Source of the DNA: Paraspadella gotoi
Taxonomy: Eukaryota > Animalia > Chaetognatha
NCBI GenBank assembly: GCA_051294375.1
Contig: CM119263.1
Span: 3,804,785-3,868,784, forward strand
Direction: 5' to 3'
DNA length: 64,000 nucleotides
The translations under genes and the position numbers were made by a program. Each line of letters starts with the position of its first letter. Positions within the stretch are counted from its first letter, which is position 1. Below the pieces are notes generated by a model that searched no databases, was not told the DNA's origin, and worked only from the letters and a program-made list of their open reading frames with translations. Of the stretch, positions 39,314 through 53,330 are shown in pieces.

Positions 39314-40119
39314 ATGAAGAAAACGATGATGATAATAATGACAATGGTGTTGATAATGATGATGAAGATGATGATGATGATGACCTTGATGATGATTATG
39401 ATGATGAGTACGATTATATTGATGATGATGACGATGGTAATGATTATTATTATGACGATGATTATTATTATTTTAATGATGAAGATGATGATGATGATGA
39501 TGATGATGATGATAATGTCGACAAAATTTAACCACGGCGACTCCATCAAAAGCGCCAAAGGGTTGCTTCAAGCTAAAGGTTCAAAAAGCAAGACGAATTC
39601 TACTATTTTCCTTAAGTGAAAAACATATTTTTGCAATACATTCCTGAGGCATTATTTATATTGTATACTCCCAACGGCTCAACCAGATCGACACAACTCT
39701 CACGCAATCGTAAGCCTGAAGGCGTTTATCCTCGTCGTTGTCGTCGTCGTCGTCGTTGTTGTTATTCTTGTTTTGGAAAGATTTAGATANNNNNNNNNNT
39801 TGCTTCAAGCTGAATAGAACATTATGGTTGCGATAACAATTGCTCGGAAATAAGCTTGTATCATTTTGATTGAAAAACAAATTATGATTAATTATGTCCT
39901 CGCCCAAGTTTCTCTTCCTGTTCTCAACATCAACTACATGGTACAGTATAGTAGTACAAACAAAACCTACTATACTAAGGTTTCGCAAACAGTAATTCCG
40001 TCTTGAATCTTAACTTAAACCAGCGTTTTAATGGTTTTCATTGTGTCGGGATCAGTTGTTTACTCGCGTGTGGGAAAAGAGGAAATGGAACCAAAAGTGA
40101 GAAATCAGTCGATCGAGAA

Positions 40120-40615
40120 TATGAGATTGGGGAATTGGGATCGTTGATCGGGGAATTGGGGATTGAGGATAGGGGATTGGGGATCAAAGTTAGGGGATTG
40201 GATCAAAGATTGAATATCGAGGATCAGTATTAGTATTAGTATTATTATTCGAGTTCTTTTCACAGAATGAAAGGTTTTGCAGTAGAAAGGCAACAAAAAT
40301 TAAATGCATTTTAAATAATATTTTAGCATTGGTCTCACTCGTTCAATGATCAAAGATTGGGGATCAAGAATTGAGAATAGGGAAATTGAGGTTCGGGGAT
40401 CAAGGATCGAAGATTGAGGATCGAGAAACGAGAAGATCAAAGATTGGGGATCAAGAATCGAGGATTGGGAAATTGAGGGTCAGGGATTGAGGATTGAGGA
40501 TTGAGGATCAAAGATAAAGGATCGAGGAGCGAAGATCAAAGATCGGGGATCAAGAATCGAGGATCGGGAAATAGAGGATTGGGGATCGAGGAGCGAAGAT
40601 TGAAGATTGAGGACC
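40120..40615. repeat. degenerate 7-mer satellite (GAGGATY/GGGGATC)
   Basis: Two tracts of GAGGATT/GGGGATC/AAGATC units. Confidence 0.8.
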
Positions 40616-40997
40616 ACCGGCACCGCAAATGTTGTTTGACTTTCTTCCATTTAACTGGTTTGTCTCCGACCAAAAAAAAAATACTTTATTTCTCCTTTCC
40701 GATCGAAGTTGAAAATTACGCACTTTTTTCCCAAAATGCCCCCATTTTTCTCAATCGATTTTATCATATGTTTTTACGTTTCTAACTTTCTAGAGTTCTG
40801 ATAATATTTCGGTAACTAAATAAAGCATAAATAATACATATAGATATCAGCACGTATCTTTTCTTATCAGTATTCTCACTTGTCAGCAGATCTTGTTACA
40901 TCTCATATAATTGTAAAATTAACACTTTTTTTTACCAAAAGTGATAAAAAGTTGAAAGCGTCGCCACCAAAACGACGACTTTAATTCCGGAATCTTT

Positions 40998-41085
40998 TTG
41001 CTCGCACCTGTTGCGATCAAACGCGATCCTCTTGTTCGCACCTGTTGCGATCAAACGCGATCCTCTTGTTCGCACCTGTAGCGAT
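40998..41085. repeat. 34-bp tandem repeat, about 2.5 copies
   Basis: CGCACCTGTTGCGATCAAACGCGATCCTCTTGTT repeated. Confidence 0.9.
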
Positions 41086-41138
41086 TGACGGCGATCGAGT
41101 TTCACTTCGAAGAGAACAAAACCTTTTATTTTTCTGCA

Positions 41139-41226
<88 letters not shown>

Positions 41227-41308
41227 TCTCTCTTCTCCTCTTTCTCTCTCTCTTCTCTCTCTCTCTTCTCTCTCTCTCTTTCTCTCTCTCTTCTCTCTTT
41301 CTCTTCTT

Positions 41309-41339
<31 letters not shown>

Positions 41340-41772
41340 CTCCTCTCTTCTCTCTTTCTCCTCTTAGTTCCACCGACCAAAAAGTCAGAAAAGTCACGAA
41401 GCGAGAATTCTAGTGGGCGGAGCCCAAGCCAAAGGGAGGTGGACAAAGTTGAGAAAAAATTTCAAGAAATTTCGAAAAAAACTGAATACCGTGATCCGAA
41501 TCAGGTGACTTTGTGAATCAATTCTCACCTAATCATTTCCAAGTGGCTTCTCCATATCATGATTATCGTAAAGTGTATAACTTTATCATGTACACGCACT
41601 TTTACTGAAGCTATTTGGAACAATGAATCGAACAAAAGTAAAATTATAACTCGATTCAAACCTTTGCCACCATTAATAAAATAATTCTATAGCTGCCATT
41701 GAAAGTTTGTAATTTATAAAAATTAACAAACGCCAAATTTTAAACATTTACGAAACGAAAATTTAAAATCGT

Positions 41773-43099
41773 TCAAGGTTTCAGCGGCTTCTTCTCTTCC
41801 TCTTCCCCCTCCTCCTCCTCCTCCTCCTCCCCCTTTGTCCCCACGACCGCAAGCATCACGCCGACCAAAACGCAAACCACGCCCACAAATTTCAAGGCGT
41901 TCAATCGTTGACCCAGCCAGATCCAGCCCCAAGCGTAGGACAGCGGGACTTGGATCACGCTGATCAGCGCCAGCAGCGTCGGCGTGTGAGATTGCGTCGC
42001 GAGCACGTTGGACACGCGTCCGACGGTGTTCAGAAGCGGCAGCGCAGCCAACGACGCAGCCATCGACGGTCCGGGCGGCGCCGTAACGCCGCCTCGGAGC
42101 GAGATTCCGAGCGCGCCGCAACCGGCGTTGGCGGCGCCGATGAAGATGACCCAAGTGTACCAAGGGATCTCGCGACAGACGCCGACGAGGATCGTGCAGA
42201 TTGTGGCCGAGGCGCCGGTGGAAAAGGCGAAGGCGTAACCGGCGACGCTGACGGAATCGAAATAAGGAGACGGAAATGGAGAGAAGATGATGAAAGGTTG
42301 AGTGACGAGGACGACCCCTGCGAGACTGAAAACGAGGCTGAGCCATTGACCCGTCGAGGGGGCGCGGCGACGCCAAAGGGAATCAAGGAAGGACGTATAA
42401 ACGATGCTGAGGTTTGATAAGAGAACCACGTCGCCGGCTGGGATCAGCTGGGAATATAGGGGTCGGGATGGGATTGATTGAATCATTGATTTTTTTTTTA
42501 GATGAGTTTTGAAAAAAATACAATTGCTCAAGAGGCCAAGAAACCGCCTCACTAAGGCCTCTACCGTTTCAATTCTGTGGTTGCCGGCTCGATCCCGGCA
42601 GTCCCCTATTTTTATTTATTTGCGTTTAGTCCTCAAAATTCTCGAACGTCACTTGGGGCATCTTAGTCATTGCAACCGCCGTTGCCTTTCACGATTTTAC
42701 TTATCATCAGATAGTTGTTAAATTACGTTATAAAATAACAAAATAACAAAATTAAACGTTTTTTAAAATATGTTTTTTTAAAACAGCTATATTTACCCCG
42801 AGCGCCTTGACGTAAATCAAATTGCTGACGATTCCAACGGCGCCAAAAACGAGCGCCGCAGCGACGTAGCGCCAGTCCCGCAGCGCCGCGTTCGTTGGCT
42901 GCGCGTCGCACGCAGCAGCCACTCCGCCGGCCGACAAAAAACCGACCCCGAGGATGAGAACGATGAGGTAAATGTCGGTATGGGCGTTGATGGCCGACAA
43001 GAGATCGAAAAAGGACCAACTCGTTGCCGACATAAACGACAGAAAGACGCAAGTCATCAATCGGTTAGCGTAAAACGCCTGCACCACTGATGCCATCAT
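41773..43099 (-). CDS. EamA/DMT-superfamily transporter (SLC35G-like), about 325 aa
   Basis: Exons 43099-42797 and 42447-41773 (978 nt, phase 0). About 10 hydrophobic helices with DMT-like motifs IPAGDVVLLSNLSIVYT, SLAGVVLVTQP and QVPLSYAWGWIWLG...GVVCVLVGV. Confidence 0.85.
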
Positions 43100-43389
43100 C
43101 GAGAAGAGTTTGTTGGAAAGGAATTTTTTTAGGTGAAAGTTTTTATTTTTAGAAAAATTCCTGTTTTTTTTTCACATATGTTTGTTTTCCATTTTCCTTC
43201 GATTTTTATTTATTACTTTTTTTTTGTTATTTACAGTTTTTCTACAAGATTTAAAAAAAAGCATGTTCATTTATAAGAATATTTGTATATATAAATTATA
43301 TCACGATATGATTATGATTATGATTATAAAATAAAAAAATATTAATTTACCAAGAATAAATGAATTTGAAAGTGACAATGGATGAATTG

Positions 43390-44152
43390 AACACTATTAT
43401 AATTCACTTTGTCGGTCCATCGGTTTGCCCCCTCAAACTTGTCGGGCATTAACTTAAATCATGACATCAAATTATGATAAATTATGTAAGTAAAATGATG
43501 TCTGTCCGTCCGTCTGTTTGTCTGTCTGTCTGAGTGTCCGTCCCACCTAGCACCAAAGTCAATTTGACTAGAAATTTTATTATTTATGCTTACTCATAAA
43601 TGTTTTAATTAGTTAATTGATTAATTAATTAAATTGAAAAAAACGCTGCCAAGTTGAAAAAATGATGCAAGTTAAAAAAAAATACCAGTTGAAAAAATGA
43701 TGCAAGTTGAAAAAATGTTTCAAGATGAAAAAAATGATGCAAGTTGAAAAAATAATGCAATTTGAAAAAATGATGCAAGTTGAATAAATGATGCAAGTTG
43801 AAAAAATGATATAGTTTAAAACATGATGCAAGTTAAAAAAATGTGCGAATTGAAAAAAATGGTGCAAGTTAGAAAAATAGTGGAAGTTGAAAAAAATGGG
43901 GCAAATTGAAAAAATGGTGCAATTTGAAAAAATTATAAAAGTTGAAAAAATAATAATAGTTAAAAAAATTATTTGTTTGTACCATAGTAACAGTTATTTA
44001 ACGATTTACATGTATATGGGCAGCCATTGGTTTGGTATAGTACAATCTGTTATGATCACAAATTGAAAGAATTATCGTCATTTATCATCTGATTAACTGA
44101 TTACCACTTGATTATCGTCGGCAGATCCGACATTGTTTGCTCAAAACTTGTT
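43390..44152 (+). mobile_element. DINE-1/Helentron-like element between the two transporter genes
   Basis: Same 5' module, GTCY microsatellite, array of AAAAAATGATGCAAGTTG (43635-43970) and 3' module. Confidence 0.66.
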
Positions 44153-44313
44153 TAATAAAGAGTTACAAGATTATCACAGTTAACTTCACTCATTATTGAA
44201 TTTCACGTACGTACAGAATCGTCCACTTCTTAGTGATGGGTGGGTTGTTTGAACTCGCTAAATTTTTGAGCGAATCAGTTTTCAATTTAAAAAAAAAAAT
44301 TTAAATGTATAGT

Positions 44314-45067
44314 TTACATCAAGCTCGTGTATTCTTGCTCTTCTCTCTTCCTCGTACCCACGATCGCCAAGACGACGGCCATCGTGACCAAAACCACGCC
44401 CACGATTTTAAGCGAATCCATGTCCTGACCCAACCAGACCCAGGACAACGTGTAGGACATCGGCACCTGCGCCACAGTCACCAACGCCATCAGCGTCGGA
44501 GTGTGAATCTTCACGGCCAACATGTTGGTGAATTGACCGACGGCGTTGAGAATCGCCATCGCAGTCAGCGACACCGCTATCGGCGCGCTCGACGCCGCGG
44601 CCACGCCTCCTCGGATGGCGCCGCCGATGGCGCCGGCGAGGCTGACGACCACGCCTAAAAAGAGCATCCAGTTGGTCAAGGGAACGTCTTTGAAGACGCC
44701 GACCAACATGGCGTCGCCCGTCATTGAAAGTCCCGTGACAAGAGCGAGGGAATAACCGAGAATCTTGTTGTTGTTGTTGTTGTTGTTCGACGTGGGCGGG
44801 CGTGACGAAAAGACGTCAAAGATGAAGGAAGGTCGAGTGACGAGAACGAGGCCGGCGACGCAGAGAAGGATGCTGACCCATTGCAGGGCCGAGGGTGCCC
44901 GTCGGCGCCAGAGGGAGTCGGCGAATGAAGTGTAGACGACGGCGAGATTGGAGAAAGAGAACGACGTCGCCGACGGGGACCATCTGGGGCGAGGAGGTGT
45001 TGGGGGGGGAGGATCGGTCGGTCGGTCGGTTTTGATTTTATAAATGAAAAAGAAAAACTGAGTATTG

Positions 45068-45125
<58 letters not shown>

Positions 45126-45704
45126 CTCTCTTCTCTTTTCACAATAAAAATGAATCAAGGAAAACAAGAGTTTAATCGAACCTTTCAACATTCTGCTCAT
45201 TTACATACACATTTTCCATTTCACATTATACATTATATCATCTTTATCCTTCTTTCCATCACTCCATCACCCCATCCCTCCATCCACCATCCTCACATCC
45301 CATCCCTCTCATCACCCCATCACTCCATCACCCATCCCTCCCATCACTCCATCCCCTCCTCTCATCACCCCCATCAGCCCATCACTCCCAATTCCCACCT
45401 TCTGCGCGTTAGACGTAAACCGTAATGTCCAGGATCCCCAGAGACCACGACCGATCCCCGCTGCGACGTCCGGCCACCGCCGCAGCGCCGCCGCGGCCTC
45501 CGTTCTCTCGAACGGCGCCCCGCAGCAGCCGATGAGGAAGAGGACGGCGCCGTGGACGAGAGAGACGAGATTGACGTCGGTGGCGGCGGCGCCGGTGACG
45601 CCGGATTGAAGATCGAAGAATGACCAACTGATTGCAGTGATGAGAGAGAGGAAGGCGCTGTTGGCGCGGGCGTCGGAATAAAAGGCGGAGATGGTTGAAG
45701 ACAT
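44314..45704 (-). pseudogene. second EamA/DMT (SLC35G-like) paralog, frameshifted (pseudogene or consensus errors)
   Basis: Exons 45704-45399 and 44983-44314 total 976 nt (not a multiple of 3). Clear homology to 41773-43099 with the same intron position (SWSFFDL, GDVVL, YTSFADSLWRRRAPS, HTPTLMAL, QVPMSY). One extra base near 44955; further indels near 45410-45455. Confidence 0.75.
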
Positions 45705-46870
45705 GCTGGAAGGGGAGGGAGGGAGGGGGAGAGAGAGAGAGAGAGAGAGAGAGTTTTGGGGAAAAAAAGGTTGTTTATAGATACTTGTTTTGTTTAAAAT
45801 CATAAACATAAGCCTTTTTATTAAAATACAACAAGAATGATTCATTACATACATTAGTACATACATTTTGTACGTTCAATACATGGAAGTTTTGGCAATT
45901 GAATGCTAGTTTCTTTTAAAAAAACTCCCGCCTTTATCAGTGTTAAGGAAACCAATCAAAGTAGATTGATAACAAAGACGTTTTCAGAATCTGCTTGATT
46001 ACGGCTTTTAGTCAATACTTAAAATACCATCAGAAGATTACTGGAAAACAGCATAGAAATTATAAAATATCACCATATACTACCATATATATATCATTTT
46101 ATTATATTATTATTATTATTATATTTTGTTATTATTACCATATATTACCTGCTTACGTGGACAAACGAGATATTAATAAAAAATAGGCATTTTTTATGGT
46201 CTTATACACTGATTTTTTGCTGAATATTCGATGTTTATAAAACAAATTTCGTTCAAATGTCTAAGTTTTTTTTATTAAGAAAATGTTTTTAAAAATGTAT
46301 CAAAATAAAATCCTGTCATTGTTTGACTTTAATAATTCTAGTTCAATTTTACTTCAATTTCTAAATTTTACTTGAACAAATTTGTTTGAAAAAAAAACGA
46401 GTTTGCTTGAAAATATTTTCATAGAAAACCTGATTCTACGAAGTGAGAAAACTTGTTTCTCTGAAAGTCACGAGCGAAATGATTTTGAATTTGAAGTAAT
46501 ACATTTCTAAATTTAATTATCACTATTATAAAAAAAAAACGCAGGAGCCACCGCTCAAGTATATCGAAAGAAAGATTTAAAACAACTTAAATTTCCTCCA
46601 TATATGATATCCGTTTACGTAGTTGTTAAGTCAATATAGTGAACATTATTCATCTCAACTCAATTCGTACGAGTCAATAAATAACTGGAAGGAACCATCG
46701 ATAATTTCCGATCGCCTTTGGGTGAGTAACATCGATCGAACAACGCGCACCCTCGCTCTCTCATTGGTCGATTTCCATTCCACGTTCGACTCCAAATTCT
46801 CAAATTTCGCTTTCTGATTTGTCGAATTCGATCACCGACAGTACCGAACATTTGCCGCTGATTAGAAGAG

Positions 46871-46976
<106 letters not shown>

Positions 46977-47068
46977 GGGTGAGACTTTCCCTCGACAGCC
47001 GATTATCACTCTGCTGAGGGCAAGAAAACGTTTTCTATTTCCCGCATCACGGATTTTTTAATCGTTTT

Positions 47069-47153
<85 letters not shown>

Positions 47154-47154
47154 C

Positions 47155-49388
47155 ATGGAGACAGAGGCGCTTAATCTTTCTCTCGGCTCCAAATTTCCGG
47201 CGCCCATGATTCCAAAGCCGCGGTGCAATGCGATCTCCGACGTCAATTTTCCACGCCCACTTTGGCGCCGCCTTCGTTTCCAGCGGCGCCATTTTCTGGC
47301 GCTTTCGACGCCGGTTCATCCCGGCGACGCTTCTCTCTCGTGGCGGCAACGTTTTTGACGGCGGATCAGATCCTCGCGGCGCCAGAGGCGCTGGACGCCG
47401 AATTTTGCCGGAAATTGGGAGAGAAGCTCTGCGCCGAGGCTGCGGCGTTGGCCTCCGAGGCGACGGAGGCGGCGGCTGTGATTGAGGTAAGTTTAATGAG
47501 GAAGGATTATTGATTGACTTATTTATTGACTGCGATATTGATTGATTGTGATATTGATTAACTCTCATATTGATTGACTGACGTCTTTTACTTTTTGGTC
47601 TCTTTCTTTATTTCTCATTGTGTTTCATGACATGAATGACATAATTGAGATGACATGATTGACATGACATGAATTCCAGACCTTTTTGTATTTGACCCAA
47701 GTTTTATATATACGATAATCAATGGTCTTTCAAATTAGGAAAGAGACGGTACAAATTATAACTGTTTAACTTTTCTAAAGCTTTAATTTTCACGGGATGA
47801 AATTTTGTCACCCTTTCAAACTACAATCAGACTGATTTTTTTACATATTTTGATTATCTTTGCGATCTTACTGATGAAAAACAGTCATGGTAAAAAGAGC
47901 CCAGGTTCGTTCGAATACAAGGAATATGTTAGTAATCGGACAGAGCAAGAATTTTGGTCACAAGATAAAGAATTATCCAAGAGAATAGCGTGCATAAGAT
48001 TTTCCAGGAGACTGTGCATCGCGTCGTGACATCTTTTAACTTTTAACTTTTAACTTCACCTTAACCGTCGCTTGTACGAGTTTTCTTTTATTTTTTTGAA
48101 TTTGTTAAAAAATATAAAGCGGAATTTTTATTCGATCCAAATTTCAAGAGAAAATCATCTGAAATTTGTTTATTGATATTTCTGGGTAATATATCAGTGA
48201 CTTTGTAAATATTAACAAAGTAATAACAAAAAATTACAATTTTAAAAGATAGCTAAAACTCAAATTGACTTTTTATACTAATAACTAAACCTTTTTTTTT
48301 CCTAATCCTTTTCTCGCTTATTTTCCACTTGAAAATTTTTTCTGATTAAGTTAAGTCTTATGTTCAGTAAAATTAAATTACATAAGTTAAGTCCACGTAA
48401 GAAAGTAACCTTTCCATCTGAACATTACTTAGTCTCACTCGGTTAATCTTGAAGTTCTGTCGACTCGATTTGACCTAATATAACTTTTAGTGTTGTGGTC
48501 CCTCTGCCCTTTACTATAACACCTTATACTTTTTTGGGTATATGTTTTACACTTTTTGTGCATTATAATCTTATAACGTTTTTATTTTGTTATGTTTTAC
48601 ACTGTCTGCACATAATACACTTAATACGTTTTTCTAACGTTTTTGTTTTCTTTTGTTTTTACCTTTTAGATTTTACATTGTTTTTAACGTTTTTTAATAT
48701 TTCAATTTTTTGATGTTTTTAAACGTTTCCTTTGAATTTGTCTTTTGTCTTTTGTCTTTTGCTTTTACAGCATTTTAAGAAGTATTTTTTAACATTCTAG
48801 TAATGTGTTACATTTTGATGTTAGTGTTTAATGTTATATTTCTATAAGTCTAATTTTATTTGTTATTGATACTATTAATAATGTTTGTATTCAATTATGT
48901 TAATATCGTTATTATTAATTTTAAAAAAAGATAAGTTAAATGATAAAAGAACTTCATTTCCATATGTCATCCCCCTTAACTTTACTCGATCGGGTTTCTT
49001 CACCCAATTTCAAATTTCATAAAAAACATAAAGGACAAAATCAACAAAATGTTCAAATTAACAAAGAGATATTTAAACTTATATACAAGTTTAAGAATCA
49101 GAAACTAAACTCCCAAGTTCACCAAACGTATTTCAACTCCTTCGATCACAAACCTCAACTTTTCCTCCCATAACTTTTAACCCCCACCTCACCTCACCAA
49201 CCACCCGAACCCTCACTTACCTTCTTCATCTCACTTCCTTCCAGATTTCCCCCCACCCAAATCTCCTCTCCTCCTCCTTCCTCCTCCTCCCTCATTACCC
49301 GACTCAGTGCTGCCCCCAATCTCCGACGCCAAAGCTGAATTCCCGTTTAAACCGAAACCCGAAAATTTGCGCCATCCAAATGTTTCCA

Positions 49389-49478
<90 letters not shown>

Positions 49479-52400
49479 CTGTGTTTGTGTTGCGTTACTG
49501 AAAAGTTCTTAAAATAAACTTTTCCCTTCATGCTCGCGAACCTTGCATTTTCAGGTACACCTGTAAATGACTAAACTAGAAAAAAAAGAAAGTTTCTTTT
49601 CCGTTTAGGATATTTTAATTACATATGGTTAATATTTACAACAAAATATATTTATTTTGAAAAACTACAAAATAGTTGGTTATTTGAAGGCATTGTAACA
49701 TTCGATAACTTTAAGATTACTTATGAAACTCTCTCTCCATTTCTGAATGCCTCCTAAAGAATTTTGAATTTTTCATTTCAAAATGATAATGTCATACTTA
49801 CAAAACTAAATATTATGTATATAAGTTTCTTGTTCACCAGCCAAAAGCCGATCTCACTTGACCCGAGAAATAATTTAGCTAAAAGCGCCCACGTGTGCAG
49901 GTCAAAAAAAAATTTGAGATTTTTTAAAACTAAAATAAAAAAAGATTTTTTTTCTTGTTGGAAAAAGAAACTAAAGTGACATCTGCGTTTAGTTAGGAAA
50001 AGATTGAGAGAAACGTTTAGCAAATGATCTACCTGGCCTCGAAGGCTTATTGAAAGGGGGGGGTAGGGCCGAGGGAGGGGGGAAATTAGAGGGGAAGGAG
50101 GGAAGGGAGAGGGGATTGAAACGGGGATGGGAGGAGATAATAGAGGGGATTATAAAGAGAAGAAGGAAAAGAAGGGAATAGAGAGAGAAGGGAAAAAAAA
50201 ACGGAGAAAAGAGAGAAAAGGTTTAATGAAATACGAATGAGATGAGGGTAAGATAAAGGGAGTAGAAGACAAAAAAATATATATATTTAAGAATTAATAA
50301 CTGAAAAAGAGAATAGGAGATAATAGAGTAGAAGGAGAAGAGAGAAAATATAAAAAGAATAAAAGAGTAAAATCTAACAAAAAGAAAAAAAGGAATGAGT
50401 TGAACCGAGGGAATGAAACAGAGATGAAAGGAATTAATTAATGAGAATCGGAAAACGAAATCTCGCGGGAAAAAGAGAGAAAACGATTTTCGTAAATTAA
50501 GTCGAGATGAGAAGACGAATCGAGATTTAGTGATCACAGGGGGGCGGGAATCTGTGGTGTGGAAACTGTGCCGTGGTCAGGCGAATGGGAGTGACTCACT
50601 TCGGAGGGCCTAAAATGTTTGAGAGCCGTCAATTGTGAATCGTGAATTGTATATTCGATTCCATATTTTACATCTAAATATTTACATAGATGACTTTATG
50701 GTCAGAAGTATGAGTGAAGAAGTCAAATTATATTTATTCACCGAAAACCGACAGGAAACAACGAAAACCCAACAAAACCGACAGGAAAAATAAACCGACA
50801 TAAAAACCGATTTAAACCCGAAAAAAAATCTAAAAACGTTTCGACTCGAAATTTGAGCCCAAACTTTTTTTCTCTTTTCGATATTGACCGGAAAAAAAAT
50901 TGGAGACAAATCAAACGAAAAAGGGAAAGGGAGTTGGTTGTTTTCCAGAGCGGGAATCGAACCCGAGACTCGACGGGAACCCGCGTCCATCGGAAAAAGA
51001 AACAAACTTTACCTCTCTTATTTCTTTGGTTCCACGAACGTGAGTCACGCACGGCGGTGGAAAGTGATCGAAATCTGACTCCATTGTGGGGGATCTGGCG
51101 TGGAGAATCGTGGGCGAGATATGATGGATATATCGATAGAATTTGTATATATAATTATATATGAATATAGGATGCTGTTGGTCATTGGTTATTCAGAGTA
51201 AAGATGAGATGGAACTTATTGATAAAATATAATTAGTTAACAAACGAAAAACAAACAAACCGAATTCCCGCGAAAATGTCGCACGAAAAAAGAGAACAAA
51301 CACTGACGCGACGATCGAAGGAAAAACGAAACAAAAACAAAAAAACAAAGAGACAAAACAACAACAACATCAACGGAGATAAAATCAGCTTTTCCCATCA
51401 GAAATATTTTTAGTCGGAGAAAGATAAAAAAGGTAAAAAAACATGTGGCAAATAAATGTGGCCGATCGAAGTATAAACATCTTCATTCGAATTACATCTA
51501 TTCTGACCCGAAGCGAGATCGATCCAAGTGAATCGGATCACGGGGGTGATGTGAATCGGGGTCACCGATTCACAGACTCTGTGAGAATCGTTCCTTCCCC
51601 CTTCGATCCGTGAAGATGAGAGGCCGTGAGATTGTGAATTCGTGAGCCTGAGGGCATACCGCGACAATGAGATAATATCGCGCTTGACGAAAATGTTCAA
51701 TCGAGAGAAGAAATATTCACAAACGAATGGAATTGTGAAAGAAATTCGTCAGCGGATTCACTTGTTTGAGATTTTGTAGACAGTGATATTCTTGATTGTA
51801 GACAAAGATTATACAGTGGACAAACTGGACATGGACAGAATCATCTACAGTCTGCTTTTGGAAGTGGAACTCTCCTTTCTCTTCTCAGTTATTCGGTTTT
51901 AAATCCTCCTCTTTTAAAAAAAACATCGTCAATGAAGTCTAAATGTACTAAAACTTGGTCAAGTAGTGAAATATAAAACAAGATCGGTTCGTCCAATGTG
52001 TTGCGCCGCAGTGATCAGATGATATGACATGAAGTGAGATGACATGACATGACTAAAAAACTTTCTAAGCCCGTGTATTTGTGACATGCACTGCATAAAA
52101 TTTTTTTTCCCCATAGTTTCATAGATTTGAGGTTTTTTCCTGTCTTAACCAATGAGCAAAGAACTTTAGGCAAATTATATGCATTTTTAACGTAAGACAT
52201 ACTGACGGACAGACATACCAAACAACCGACGGGCCGAAAGACCGACCGAAAAGTGACTTCCAGAGTTGCTCCGCGAGTACTCGCGACGCAACTAAAAACA
52301 TTTAAGTAATTAAATATTTAATAATGCAGAGACAAAAAAAAAACCCATAAAAAGTTGCCTCCACAAAGAAGATTTTAATTTTTAACATTGTTCTTTCGGA

Positions 52401-53223
52401 TCTCAGCACATCTTCATTTCACCCGGTGCCAACATCCTCACACATCATTCCTATCCCCAAACTCCGATCAACAATCCTATCCCCTAATCCCCCAAACCCC
52501 ATTCTAATCCCCCGACCCCCTTCCTAATGCCCCCAAAACCCCATTCTTAGATTCCTCACCCCTATCACTATCCCCCCAAACCCCATTCAATCCCACAACC
52601 CCATGCCCTAATTCCCCCAAACCCGCATTCTAATCTCACCCATTATCCCTAGATCCCTAAACCCCAGTTTTCTAATCCTGCACCCCCCATGCCACTAAAT
52701 CCTCCATAACCCCCATTCGTAATCCCCACCCATCTCCTTGAATCCCCATAACCCTATTTTCAATCTTCCCCCATCTCTATCCTCGACCACCCCATCCCTT
52801 AAGTCCAAACCCCATTCTAATCCCCAAAACCCCATTCTAATCCCCAATCCCATCCCCAATCCCCACCTCGCTCCCCAGGTCCGCGAAGACGGTCGCTTTT
52901 TCGGTTCCGGCGAATTCCGTTTGACTCTCACGCCGACGAGAGATTCTCGACTCTGGAATCACGTGACCGGAGCACGTGACGCTAAGGAGCAGAACGTCGA
53001 AGTGGAACTCTTGCCGGTTAGTTGTTGTCGTCGTTGCTGATATTGTTTATGTTTCGTTTCTATTGGTAATGTTGATTTTGTTATTTTGTACATAAGTTGT
53101 CTTTTTCGTCGTTATCGATGTTGTTGCACTTGCTGTTTTTATTGTCGTTTTTATTGTACTCGTTTTCTTGTCTTTTGTTTCCAGATGTCGTCTTCGTCGT
53201 ATTTGATGATATCTTTGTCGTCT

Positions 53224-53254
<31 letters not shown>

Positions 53255-53285
53255 TTCAGACTGACTATTAATCTCTCTCTCTCTT

Positions 53286-53330
<45 letters not shown>

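Noticed and set aside
41908-42417. Plus-strand ORFs overlapping the transporter genes
   Set aside because: Antisense shadows of GC-rich coding exons.
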